64,000 nt of DNA from an uncultured Gemmatimonadaceae bacterium (GTDB lineage Bacteria; Gemmatimonadota; Gemmatimonadetes; Gemmatimonadales; Gemmatimonadaceae), in the NCBI GenBank assembly GCA_963761305.1, contig CAVXGK010000002.1:3040001-3104000 (forward strand), in the 5' to 3' direction. The notes beneath the pieces were generated by a model, which worked only from the letters and a program-made list of their open reading frames with translations, did not search any database and was not told the DNA's origin. Positions 55,536 to 64,000 of this stretch are shown piece after piece. Within the stretch, counting starts at the first letter, position 1, and the number at the start of each line of letters is the position of its first letter. Made by a program: the position numbers and the translations under genes.

Positions 55536-57599
55536 ATGATTCCCCGCGCGTTCGCCGCCTTCGCGGCGCTGGCCGTCTGTAGCCCCACACTCTCGCTCCG
55601 CGCGCAGAGCACGCCGCGCGCGCCCGAGCGCGCGATCCGTCGCGACATCCCGCTCACCAACATGATTCGCCACGCCTTCGCCGAAGGCACGCGCGATTCG
55701 ACCGGCCGGCCTGGGCGCAACTATTGGCAGACGTGGATGGACTACACCATCACGGCACGCCTCGACCCGGCGACGTCGACGCTCTCCGGCCGCGAGACGA
55801 TCAAGCTGCACAACGCGAGCGACTCCTCGCTCTCGTCGATCCAGATGCGTCTCGACCAGAACATCTTCCGCGGCGACGTCCCACGCGGCGCGTCCGTGCC
55901 CGCCGAGAACACCGAGGGATTTGTCATCACGAAACTGGCGGTGAACGGCCAGTCCGTCGACCTCAACGCGCCCGCCTTCGGCCGGGGAGGACGCGGCGGT
56001 CGCGGTGGCGGGCCGGCGCCCGCCGAGCCGGTTGCCATCGGCATTCATACGACGTCGGCGCGCATCGTCCTTCCCTCGCCGATCGCGCCCAAGTCCGATG
56101 CGACGCTCGACGTCGAGTGGCATTACAAGCTCGCCGGCGGTCCCGGCCAGGGGCACCGCATGACGTTTCGCTGGGACGACACGCTCTACCAGGTCGCGCA
56201 GTGGTATCCGCGCGTCGCCGTCTACGACGACTTGCGCGGCTGGGACACCGACCCTTATCTGGGTCCGTCAGAATTTTATAACAATTTCGGCCGCTTCGAC
56301 GTGACCGTCGACGTGCCGGCGGGCTGGATCGTCGGCGCTACAGGCGTGCTGAAGAATCCCGACCAGGTGCTCACCCCGGCGGCGCGCGAGCGGCTGTCGC
56401 ACGTGCTCGAGTCCGATTCCACACGGACCATCGTCGGGCCGACCGAGATCGGACCGGGTCAGGCGACTGCCGCCGGCGACCGGCTCACCTGGCACTTCGT
56501 CGCCGACACGGTGAACGATTTCGCCTGGGCCACCGCCAAGCAGTTCGTCTGGCAGGCGACGCGCGCCACGATCCCCGGGCGCGACGCGATTCCCGTCAAC
56601 TTCTACTACCTTCCCGGCCACGCCGCCTCGTACGCCGACGCCGGGGCGATCCTGCGCCATGCGCTGGAGTTTTATTCGAAGTTGTGGATGCCGGATCCCT
56701 TCCCGCAGCACACAATGGTCGATGGCCCCGACAACGGCATGGAGTACCCCATGCTCGTCATGTCGAACGACGGCCCCGCCGACCACGAGACCGGCCACCA
56801 ATGGTGGCCGATGACCGTGAGCAGCAACGAAACGTGGTACGGCTGGATGGACGAGGGATTCAATCAGTACATGAACGTGCTCTCGGCCGCCGACAACCAG
56901 CATCGTCCGCCTGATCTCGACGGGTACGGGCAATCGTACGGCCGCACGAGCGGCGACGAGCACGAGGCGCCGCTGATGTGGGACGCCAACTACGGCGGTC
57001 CGATGTACTCCTTCCAGGCGTACAGCAAAACGCCGCTCATGCTCTCCATGCTCGGCGGGATCGTCGGCGACAGCGCCGTCTGGCGCGCGCACAGCGAATA
57101 CGCGAAAACATGGCGCTTCAAGCATCCGTCGCCATGGGACTACGCGTTCTTCATGAGCAACGCGCTGCGCCGGGACCTCGGCTGGTTCTGGTACTACTGG
57201 CTCTTCACCACCGAGTCGGTCGACGAATCGATTCAGCGCGTGACGACGAATGGTTCGCGCACCGCGGTGACCGTTCGACAAGACGGGCAGATGCCCGCCC
57301 CGGTGATTCTCAGAGTCGAGTTCGCGCCCGGCGCCGGCGCGATTCACAAGATGAGCAACGCCGTCGTGACCGGCGATACGGCCGTCGTGACCTATCCGGT
57401 CGACGTGTGGTTCAACGGCAGCAAAACGTTCAACGCCGAGCTCGACCTCGGCCCTCGCAAGATCACCAAGATCGTGCTCGATCCCCACTGTCGCTTCCCC
57501 GACCGCGATCCGAGCGACAACGTCTGGCCGCGCGGCGCCCCGCCCTCGCAGCCCACGACCGGCGGCCGCGGCGGTCGGGGCCCCGTGTGTTCGAATTAG
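55536..57599 (+). CDS. M1-family zinc aminopeptidase, secreted
   Basis: Signal peptide; GMEYP, HETGH-x18-E (WMDEG), YSKT, WRFKHPSPWD. Confidence 0.9.
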   Translation: MIPRAFAAFAALAVCSPTLSLRAQSTPRAPERAIRRDIPLTNMIRHAFAEGTRDSTGRPGRNYWQTWMDYTITARLDPATSTLSGRETIKLHNASDSSLSSIQMRLDQNIFRGDVPRGASVPAENTEGFVITKLAVNGQSVDLNAPAFGRGGRGGRGGGPAPAEPVAIGIHTTSARIVLPSPIAPKSDATLDVEWHYKLAGGPGQGHRMTFRWDDTLYQVAQWYPRVAVYDDLRGWDTDPYLGPSEFYNNFGRFDVTVDVPAGWIVGATGVLKNPDQVLTPAARERLSHVLESDSTRTIVGPTEIGPGQATAAGDRLTWHFVADTVNDFAWATAKQFVWQATRATIPGRDAIPVNFYYLPGHAASYADAGAILRHALEFYSKLWMPDPFPQHTMVDGPDNGMEYPMLVMSNDGPADHETGHQWWPMTVSSNETWYGWMDEGFNQYMNVLSAADNQHRPPDLDGYGQSYGRTSGDEHEAPLMWDANYGGPMYSFQAYSKTPLMLSMLGGIVGDSAVWRAHSEYAKTWRFKHPSPWDYAFFMSNALRRDLGWFWYYWLFTTESVDESIQRVTTNGSRTAVTVRQDGQMPAPVILRVEFAPGAGAIHKMSNAVVTGDTAVVTYPVDVWFNGSKTFNAELDLGPRKITKIVLDPHCRFPDRDPSDNVWPRGAPPSQPTTGGRGGRGPVCSN

Positions 57600-57699
57600 C
57601 GAGCGTCGGCGACCAGTGCTCGGCTCGTTTTGAAGAACGCGGCGCGCCTGGCACGAATTGATCTACAGTCTCGACGTTACGCAACGACAGAATCCGTGA

Positions 57700-59529
57700 A
57701 TGTCCGCTCGAATTGAGGATTACGCGCTCATCGGCGATTGTGAGACCGCCGCGCTCGTCGCGCGCGACGGCTCCATAGATTGGCTGTGCTGGCCGCGCTT
57801 CGATTCGCACGCGTGCTTCGCGGCGCTCCTCGGAGGTCCCGAACAGGGACGCTGGCTTCTCGCTCCCGCTGACGACAAGGCGAAGGTCAGTCGCCAATAC
57901 CGCGACTCGACGATGATTCTCGAGACGACGTTCGAGACCGCGGAGGGCGCGGTGACGGTGATCGACTTCATGCCGCCGCGCGACGGCGAGTCGAACGTCG
58001 TGCGCACCGTGGTTGGACTCCGCGGCTCGGTGGCGATGAAGACCCAGATCATCCTCCGGTTCGGCTACGGATCCATCGTGCCGTGGGTGAGTCGTCTTGC
58101 CGATGACGCGCTTCGAGCCATCGCCGGCCCCGACATGATCGTGATCAAGGCTGACGTTCCCGTGCGAGGCGAGGGTCTCACCACCGTCGCGGACTTCACC
58201 GTCTCGGAGGGCGACCGCGTTTCGTTCGTCATGACGTGGGGCCCGTCGCATCTCGCGCCGCCCAAGCCGATCGATGCGAACCACGCGCTCGAATTCACCG
58301 ACCGGTTTTGGAGAGCGTGGGCCAGTCAGTGCCAGTACACCGGCGAGTGGCGCGACGCGGTGATACGCTCCGTCCTCACGCTGAAGGCGCTCACGTATCG
58401 TCCAACGGGCGGAATCGTCGCCGCGCCGACGACGTCGTTGCCCGAGCAGATCGGCGGCGTGCGCAACTGGGACTACCGTTTCTGCTGGCTGCGCGACGCG
58501 ACGCTCACGCTGCTCGCGTTGATGGACGCCGGCTACTTCCGCGAGGCCGCCGCCTGGCGGGACTGGCTGCTGCGCGCGGCGGCGGGCAGTCCCGACCGCG
58601 TGCAGATCATGTACGGGCTCGGCGGCGAGCGGATGCTGCACGAGTGGGAAGTCCCGTGGCTGCCCGGATATGAGAATTCGAAACCGGTCCGCGTCGGGAA
58701 CGCCGCGCATCTGCAGCTCCAGCTCGACGTGTACGGCGAGGTGATGGACGCGCTCCACCAGGCTCGCCGCGGCGGCTTGCCCGAGATCCCCGAAGCATGG
58801 GCCTTCGAGAAGGCGCTGCTCGGCCAGCTCGAGACGATCTGGGAGAAGCCGGACCAGGGCATCTGGGAAGTGCGCGGCGCGCCGCAGGATTTCACCCACT
58901 CGAAGGTCATGGCGTGGGTCGCCTTCGATCGCGCGATCAAGAGCGCCGAGCAGTTCAACCTCGACGGGCCGCTCGACCGATGGCGTTCGTTGCGCGACGG
59001 CATCCACGAGGAAGTCTGTCGTCGCGGCTACGACGAGTCCGTCGGCGCATTCGTCCAGTCGTATCAATCCCGATTGGCCGACGCGGCCACGCTGCTCATT
59101 CCACTCGTCGGGTTCCTGCCCGCGGACGATCCGCGCGTGGTCGGGACCGTCGCGTACGTCGAGAAGCACCTGCTCGTCGACGGGCTCGTGCTGCGCTACA
59201 ACAGCGAGCACACCGACGATGGGCTCCCCGCCGGCGAAGGCGCGTTCCTCGCCTGCAGCTTCTGGCTCGCCGACACCTACGTGGTGCTCGGCCGTCGCGA
59301 CGACGCGACCCGGCTCTTCGAGCGGTTGCTCGCGCTCCGCAACGACCTCGGTCTGCTCTCCGAAGAATACGACCCGCGGCTCGGGCGACAGGTGAGCAAC
59401 TTCCCGCAAGCGTTCTCACACATCGCGCTGCTCAGCACCGCGTTCAACCTTGGCCACGCCGAGCATCAGCACGCGCCGCGGCCGGCCGAGCAGCGGCCGA
59501 ACCACGCGACCCATCCCACGCCGGCCTGA
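57700..59529 (+). CDS. Glycoside hydrolase family 15 (trehalase/glucoamylase-like)
   Basis: IEDYALIGDC, TTSLPE, RNWDYRFCWLRD, QLDVYGE, GIWEVRG, GLLSEEYD, NFPQAFSH. Confidence 0.93.
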   Translation: MSARIEDYALIGDCETAALVARDGSIDWLCWPRFDSHACFAALLGGPEQGRWLLAPADDKAKVSRQYRDSTMILETTFETAEGAVTVIDFMPPRDGESNVVRTVVGLRGSVAMKTQIILRFGYGSIVPWVSRLADDALRAIAGPDMIVIKADVPVRGEGLTTVADFTVSEGDRVSFVMTWGPSHLAPPKPIDANHALEFTDRFWRAWASQCQYTGEWRDAVIRSVLTLKALTYRPTGGIVAAPTTSLPEQIGGVRNWDYRFCWLRDATLTLLALMDAGYFREAAAWRDWLLRAAAGSPDRVQIMYGLGGERMLHEWEVPWLPGYENSKPVRVGNAAHLQLQLDVYGEVMDALHQARRGGLPEIPEAWAFEKALLGQLETIWEKPDQGIWEVRGAPQDFTHSKVMAWVAFDRAIKSAEQFNLDGPLDRWRSLRDGIHEEVCRRGYDESVGAFVQSYQSRLADAATLLIPLVGFLPADDPRVVGTVAYVEKHLLVDGLVLRYNSEHTDDGLPAGEGAFLACSFWLADTYVVLGRRDDATRLFERLLALRNDLGLLSEEYDPRLGRQVSNFPQAFSHIALLSTAFNLGHAEHQHAPRPAEQRPNHATHPTPA

Positions 59530-59538
59530 AATCCGGCG

Positions 59539-60381
59539 TCAGTGAATGAACGCGACGCCGTTGCCCGGCGTCGGAAACCGCACGAACACTTCCGGGTCGT
59601 GACCCGGCACGATGAGCCGCGGATTCGACGCGAGGCTCAGCATGCGCGCTTGCGCGCGTAGGTTGGAGGCCGAGTCGAGCGTCTGGGCGATCGGGATGTG
59701 CTTCTCGAGATTCTCGTAGAGGTAGGCGTTGTCCGACGCGAGGACGACGGTTCCGGCGGCCGTCGTCACGGTCGCGAACTCCGAAGCGAACGTGTGTTTG
59801 CCGCCCGTGTACACCGTGATGCCGGGCATGATTTCCTTCGCGTCGCCGTCCACGAGCATCACGCGCCCTTCGCGCGCGATGCCGGCCAGCAGCTTCGCGT
59901 CGCCGGCGTCGATCGCGCGATCGCGCACGGCACCGGTGGAGTCGAGGTGGTGGTCGAACTCCTCGCGCTGCATCCAGACGCGCGCGCGCGGGAAGAGGTC
60001 GATGCCGTCGAGGTGATCCCAGTGCACGTGACTGATGATCACGTCCGTCACGTCCTCGGGCTTGATCCCGAGGCGACCGATCGCTTCGCTCGGCGGAACG
60101 AATCCCGTCGGGTGCCATCGCTTGACGAAATCGTCGCGATGAAAGCCGGCGTCCACGAGAATCGTGCGACCGCCGCCCTTGATCACCCACACCATCATCG
60201 CGAGGTCCATCCGTCGGCTCGTGTCCGCGCCGGCGAGCAACCCCGAGACTCGAAACCCCGGCACCGTCGCGTAGCGAACCGCGTACACCTCGTACATCGG
60301 CGGAGCGTGATCGACGTTCCCCAACCCGCCGACCGCGGCCAGCGCGGCGACGAACGAAATGCGAGAGATCGCGCTGATCAC
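59539..60381 (-). CDS. Metallo-beta-lactamase-fold hydrolase, N-acyl-homoserine lactonase-like family
   Basis: LVDAG, SHVHWDH (HxHxDH), GKHT, LASD, VPGHDP; signal-like N-terminus. Confidence 0.8.
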   Translation of the reverse strand: MISAISRISFVAALAAVGGLGNVDHAPPMYEVYAVRYATVPGFRVSGLLAGADTSRRMDLAMMVWVIKGGGRTILVDAGFHRDDFVKRWHPTGFVPPSEAIGRLGIKPEDVTDVIISHVHWDHLDGIDLFPRARVWMQREEFDHHLDSTGAVRDRAIDAGDAKLLAGIAREGRVMLVDGDAKEIMPGITVYTGGKHTFASEFATVTTAAGTVVLASDNAYLYENLEKHIPIAQTLDSASNLRAQARMLSLASNPRLIVPGHDPEVFVRFPTPGNGVAFIH

Positions 60382-60399
60382 GAGTACCTCCCCCTCCGC

Positions 60400-60867
60400 C
60401 TACTCGAAGTCTTTGCCGTAGCGACGCCCCGTGTGATGATAGCCGATTCGCTCGTAGAACGCGTGCGCCGCGACTCGGTGCAGCGCCGTCGTCACGACGA
60501 TGCGCTGGGAGCCCTGCGCGCGCGACCAGCGCTCCGCCTCGGCGACGAGCGCGCGCCCGATGCCGCGCGACCGCTGCGCCTCGTCGACGACGAGCAGCGT
60601 GAGCTGCGCGATCGGCGCTTCGTGATTCATCGTGTGTCGGAGATGGACCGTGGCCAAGCCGATCGGTCCACTCTCCGATTCGGCGATCAGCACGCGCGCG
60701 TTCGGGTCCCGCTGCACGCGCGCCAGCCGCGGCGCCATCGCCGTCGCCCCCGCCGGCGGGTAGCCGAGTTGGGCGCACAATCGCGACATCGCCTCGGCGT
60801 CGTCGGGCCGGGCGTCGCGCACAGGCGTTTCTACTTTTCCCGCCCCGACAGCATCAGTCTTCCGCAT
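60400..60867 (-). CDS. GNAT-family N-acetyltransferase
   Basis: LVVDEAQRSRGIGRAL acetyl-CoA motif, AHAFYERIGY. Confidence 0.85.
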   Translation of the reverse strand: MRKTDAVGAGKVETPVRDARPDDAEAMSRLCAQLGYPPAGATAMAPRLARVQRDPNARVLIAESESGPIGLATVHLRHTMNHEAPIAQLTLLVVDEAQRSRGIGRALVAEAERWSRAQGSQRIVVTTALHRVAAHAFYERIGYHHTGRRYGKDFE

Positions 60868-60903
60868 TCGCCTGAGTTGAATTGCACGCCGCCGCCACCC
60901 GGC

Positions 60904-62268
60904 TCAATACTTCGCCAAATAGCTCTCCAGTTCCCACGCGCTCACCTGGGTGATGTACTCGCGCCACTCCTGCCGCTTCGCTGCCACGAAGTGCGAGGCA
61001 ATGTGCTTGCCCAGCGCTTCCGTGATCACGTCGTCCTTCTCCAGCTCGTCGAGCGCCTCGTTGAGATCGTGCGGCAGATCGTCGATGCGCAGCCGGCGCT
61101 TCTCTCGAAAGCTCATCTCCCAGATGTTTTCGTTCACCGGCTCGCGATGGTCGGCTTGCGTCTCGATCCCATCGAGCCCTGCCGCCAACATCACGGCGAG
61201 CGCCAGATATGGATTGGCGGATGGATCCGGCATCCGCAGCTCGACCCGCGTGCCCGACTCGCGGCGCTCCGGCACGCGAATCAACGGGGATCGGTTGCGC
61301 ATCGACCACGCCACGTTCACCGGCGCTTCGTAACCCGGTACGAGCCGCTTGTACGAATTCACCAGGGGATTCGTGATCGCGCACATGCCCCGCGCGTGTC
61401 GCAGCAGTCCGCCGATGTACTGGAGCGCCGTGCTCGAGAGCTCCCATTCCGCGTCCTCGTCCCAGAACGCGTTGACGTTTCCGCGGAACAGCGACTGGTG
61501 CGTGTGCATGCCGCTGCCGTTCTGTCCGAAGATCGGCTTCGGCATGAATGACGCGAGCAGTCCGAATTGCGTCGCCACGTGCTTCACCACGAAACGGAAC
61601 GTCGCGATGCTGTCGGCCGTCTTGAGCGCGTCGGCGTAGCGGAAGTCGATTTCGTGCTGCCCATGCGCCACCTCGTGGTGCGCCGCTTCGACCTCGAATC
61701 CCATCTGCTCGAGCGTGTCCACCATCGCCCGCCGCGCGTCCTCGCCGAGGTCGGTCGGCGCGAGGTCGAAGTAGCCGCCCACGTCGTGCGTCGCCGTCGT
61801 TGCGCCTCCGGACGCGTCCGGCCGGAAGAGAAAAAATTCGGCCTCCATCCCCGCGTTCATCGTGAATCCCATCGCCTGTGCCTTGCGAAGCACGGCCTTG
61901 AGACGCCCGCGGGGATCGCCGGCGAACGGCGCGCCGCTCGGGCTGTGGATGTCGCAGATCAACCGGCAGATCCGCTTGTCCTTTTCGCCCCACGGGTACA
62001 CGAGGAACGTGTCGAGGTCCGGCGCGAGGAGCATGTCCGACTCCTCGATCCGCACGAACCCTTCGATCGACGACCCGTCGAACATGATGTCGCCCGCCAG
62101 CGCCTTCTCGAACTGCGACGACGGAATCTCGACGTTCTTGTTGATGCCGAGGATGTCCGTGAACTGGAGGCGCATGAAGCGCACGCCCAGCTTTTCCGTC
62201 AGCTCCAGAATGTCGTTGATCGACGCGCCGGCGGTGTCCGGAGTGAGGGAACGGGAGTGCGGCGGCAG
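60904..62268 (-). CDS. glnA: Glutamine synthetase type I (GSI-alpha-like); start uncertain
   Basis: LQFTDILG, FDGSSIEG, EAEFF, HHEVAHGQHE, FMPKP, GSGMH, NSYKRLVPGYEAP, NRSPLIR, ELRMPDPSANPY. The frame extends upstream of GTG 62184 to a CTG at 62268 preceded by GAGG. Confidence 0.92.
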   Translation of the reverse strand: MPPHSRSLTPDTAGASINDILELTEKLGVRFMRLQFTDILGINKNVEIPSSQFEKALAGDIMFDGSSIEGFVRIEESDMLLAPDLDTFLVYPWGEKDKRICRLICDIHSPSGAPFAGDPRGRLKAVLRKAQAMGFTMNAGMEAEFFLFRPDASGGATTATHDVGGYFDLAPTDLGEDARRAMVDTLEQMGFEVEAAHHEVAHGQHEIDFRYADALKTADSIATFRFVVKHVATQFGLLASFMPKPIFGQNGSGMHTHQSLFRGNVNAFWDEDAEWELSSTALQYIGGLLRHARGMCAITNPLVNSYKRLVPGYEAPVNVAWSMRNRSPLIRVPERRESGTRVELRMPDPSANPYLALAVMLAAGLDGIETQADHREPVNENIWEMSFREKRRLRIDDLPHDLNEALDELEKDDVITEALGKHIASHFVAAKRQEWREYITQVSAWELESYLAKY

Positions 62269-62396
62269 ATCGTCCTCGCGACGACGGCAGTGGGAAAGGC
62301 TGGCGGACCGCGGGTGTGCTCAACGCTAAGCCAACTCGGGCGCGATTATAAGCCGGAATCGCGAGCGAGGCGAACAGTCGTGTAGCTTTACCCGCT

Positions 62397-63194
62397 ATGG
62401 ATCAACCCTCCCCGTCCGCCTCAGCCCCGCAGACGTGCCCCGCCTGCGGGGCAGCGGCGAACGGCCGGTTTTGTTCGACCTGCGGCGCGGCACTTGTCGG
62501 CGTCACGTGCGCCGCATGCGGCGCGGACCTGAGCGCCGGCGCCAAGTTCTGTCATCGCTGCGGAACGCCGGCGGGGCAGTCGGCCGTCCCCGGAGACGCG
62601 CGAAGCTTTTCCAGTGCGTTGCCTTGGAGTGTCGCCGCCATCGCGCTGGTCGCGCTCGTTGCACTCGTCGCCGGCCAGCGCTTCGGCAAATCTTCGAGCG
62701 ACGCGACGGCGCCCCCGCCAAGCGGCGCGGTGGCTGACGACCGGCCGGGTCAACCGCCGGACCTCTCTACGATGACCCCGGCCGACGCGGCGGCTCGTCT
62801 CTACGATCGCCTGATGAGTCTGCACGAACGCGGCGTCACCGACAGCGTTCGCCTCTTCGCTCCGATGGCCATCCAGGCCTACGAGATGCTCGGCACTCTC
62901 AATCTCGACCAGCGTTACGACGTGGGTCGCATCGCGGCGGTCGCCGGCGATCAAGCGACCGCGCGGGCCCAGGCAGACACGATTCTCGCGCAGCATCCGA
63001 ATCACCTGCTGGGTCTCATCCTCGCCGGCAACGCCGCCCGCATGAGACAGGACACGGCCGCCGAGCGCGGTTACCACGAGAAGCTGGTCGCCGCTGCGCC
63101 CGCCGAACGCGCAAAACAGCTCGCCGAGTACACCGAGCACGAGAACGACATCGCCATCGCGCTCGACGCCAAACGCCCCCCGACCCCGCAATGA
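62397..63194 (+). CDS. Double zinc-ribbon membrane protein with helical C-terminal domain
   Basis: Four CxxC pairs (CPAC, CSTC, CAAC, CHRC), one TM helix, TPR-like helical C-terminus. Confidence 0.75.
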   Translation: MDQPSPSASAPQTCPACGAAANGRFCSTCGAALVGVTCAACGADLSAGAKFCHRCGTPAGQSAVPGDARSFSSALPWSVAAIALVALVALVAGQRFGKSSSDATAPPPSGAVADDRPGQPPDLSTMTPADAAARLYDRLMSLHERGVTDSVRLFAPMAIQAYEMLGTLNLDQRYDVGRIAAVAGDQATARAQADTILAQHPNHLLGLILAGNAARMRQDTAAERGYHEKLVAAAPAERAKQLAEYTEHENDIAIALDAKRPPTPQ

Positions 63195-64000
63195 CGACCA
63201 CCATCCACGTCGCCCACAGTCCGGATTCCGACGACGCGTTCATGTTCTACGCCCTCGCGTCGGGGAAGATCGACACCGAAGGCCTCACGTACGTGCACCA
63301 ACTCCAGGACATCGAGACGCTCAACCAGCGCGCCCTACGTCGCGAGCTCGAGGTGACCGCCGTTTCGATTCACGCGTACGCGTATCTCGCCGATTCGTAC
63401 GCGCTGTTGCCGCACGGCGCCTCGATGGGCGACCGCTACGGACCGCGTCTCGTCGCTCGCACGCCGGTGACCAAGGCCGATGTCCGCGGCAAACGCGTGG
63501 CCGTGCCGGGACTCATGACCAGCGCCTACCTCGCGCTCCGCCTGTTCGAGCCGGTGTTCGAGCCCGTCGTCACACCCTTCGACCAGATCGAGGACGCGGT
63601 GGTGAACGGCGACGTGGACCTTGGCCTGTTGATTCATGAAGGGCAGCTCACCTTCGCCGACCGGGGGCTTCACCTCATCCAGGACTTGGGTGAGTGGTGG
63701 TTTGGCGAGACCGGCCTGCCTCTTCCACTCGGCGGGAACGTCATCAGAAAGGACCTTGGACCGGACCTTACGCGGAAGATTTCACGGCATCTTCGCGACA
63801 GCATCGCGTATGGACTGAAGCATCGAGCGGCGGCGCTAGACCACTCGATGCAGTACGCTCGCGGCCTCGAGCGCTCCAAGGCCGACACCTTCGTGGGGAT
63901 GTACGTGAACGACTGGACGCTGGACTACGGCGACGCCGGCCGGCTGGCCGTCCGCCAGTTTCTCGCCCGCGGGGTCGACGCGGGGATCATCGAGAAGCCG
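63191..64000 (+). CDS. mqnD: MqnA/MqnD-family menaquinone biosynthesis protein (1,4-dihydroxy-6-naphthoate synthase-like), truncated at window end
   Basis: Read directly (absent from the ORF track because it has no stop in the window): MTTTIHVAHSPDSDDAFMFYAL...DIETLNQRA...GASMG..YGP...LIHEGQLT...PLPLGGN. Confidence 0.85.
   Translation, partial: MTTTIHVAHSPDSDDAFMFYALASGKIDTEGLTYVHQLQDIETLNQRALRRELEVTAVSIHAYAYLADSYALLPHGASMGDRYGPRLVARTPVTKADVRGKRVAVPGLMTSAYLALRLFEPVFEPVVTPFDQIEDAVVNGDVDLGLLIHEGQLTFADRGLHLIQDLGEWWFGETGLPLPLGGNVIRKDLGPDLTRKISRHLRDSIAYGLKHRAAALDHSMQYARGLERSKADTFVGMYVNDWTLDYGDAGRLAVRQFLARGVDAGIIEKP

Noticed and set aside
1..64000. tRNA, rRNA, IS/transposase, integrase or known defence systems
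   Set aside because: No cloverleaf or rRNA-like segments and no recognisable transposase, recombinase or defence motifs were seen by eye; tRNAscan-SE, Infernal and DefenseFinder would confirm.

Overview
High-GC bacterial genomic window, most likely from Gemmatimonadota (inferred from gene content: many exported peptidases with GGRGG loops, carboxypeptidase-regulatory/plug-like proteins, futalosine-pathway mqnD). It holds about 46 CDS. I found no tRNA, rRNA, CRISPR array or transposase. Main blocks: (1) 1-16 kb, a pentose/glycan-use region (araD, GH31, GH43, ribulokinase, fucose/arabinose-isomerase-family enzyme, orphan sugar-binding lipoprotein, GH27), interrupted at 13.3-14.9 kb by a module made of a degenerate 21-bp-periodic DNA array, a hairpin-rich leader and an uncharacterised helical protein. 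(2) 16-28.6 kb, exported peptidases (S9, M24, tricorn S41, M20), a DUF350 plus lytic transglycosylase pair and a beta-prism-like protein. (3) An NfeD-like/flotillin pair. (4) 31-41 kb, an apparently complete 3-ketoglycoside (redox-elimination-hydration) glycoside-cleavage operon with DUF885 embedded. (5) GH20, sixA, DUF1028, M24, M16, a roughly 1400-aa multidomain surface nuclease, S9, M1, GH15, an MBL-fold hydrolase, GNAT, glnA, a zinc-ribbon protein and partial mqnD. Two copies of a ~105-bp nested CGCAGAT palindrome occur at 3.5 kb and 28.7 kb. Several genes carry apparent single-base (+1) insertions, probably long-read errors. All product calls come from visual motif recognition, not database searches.
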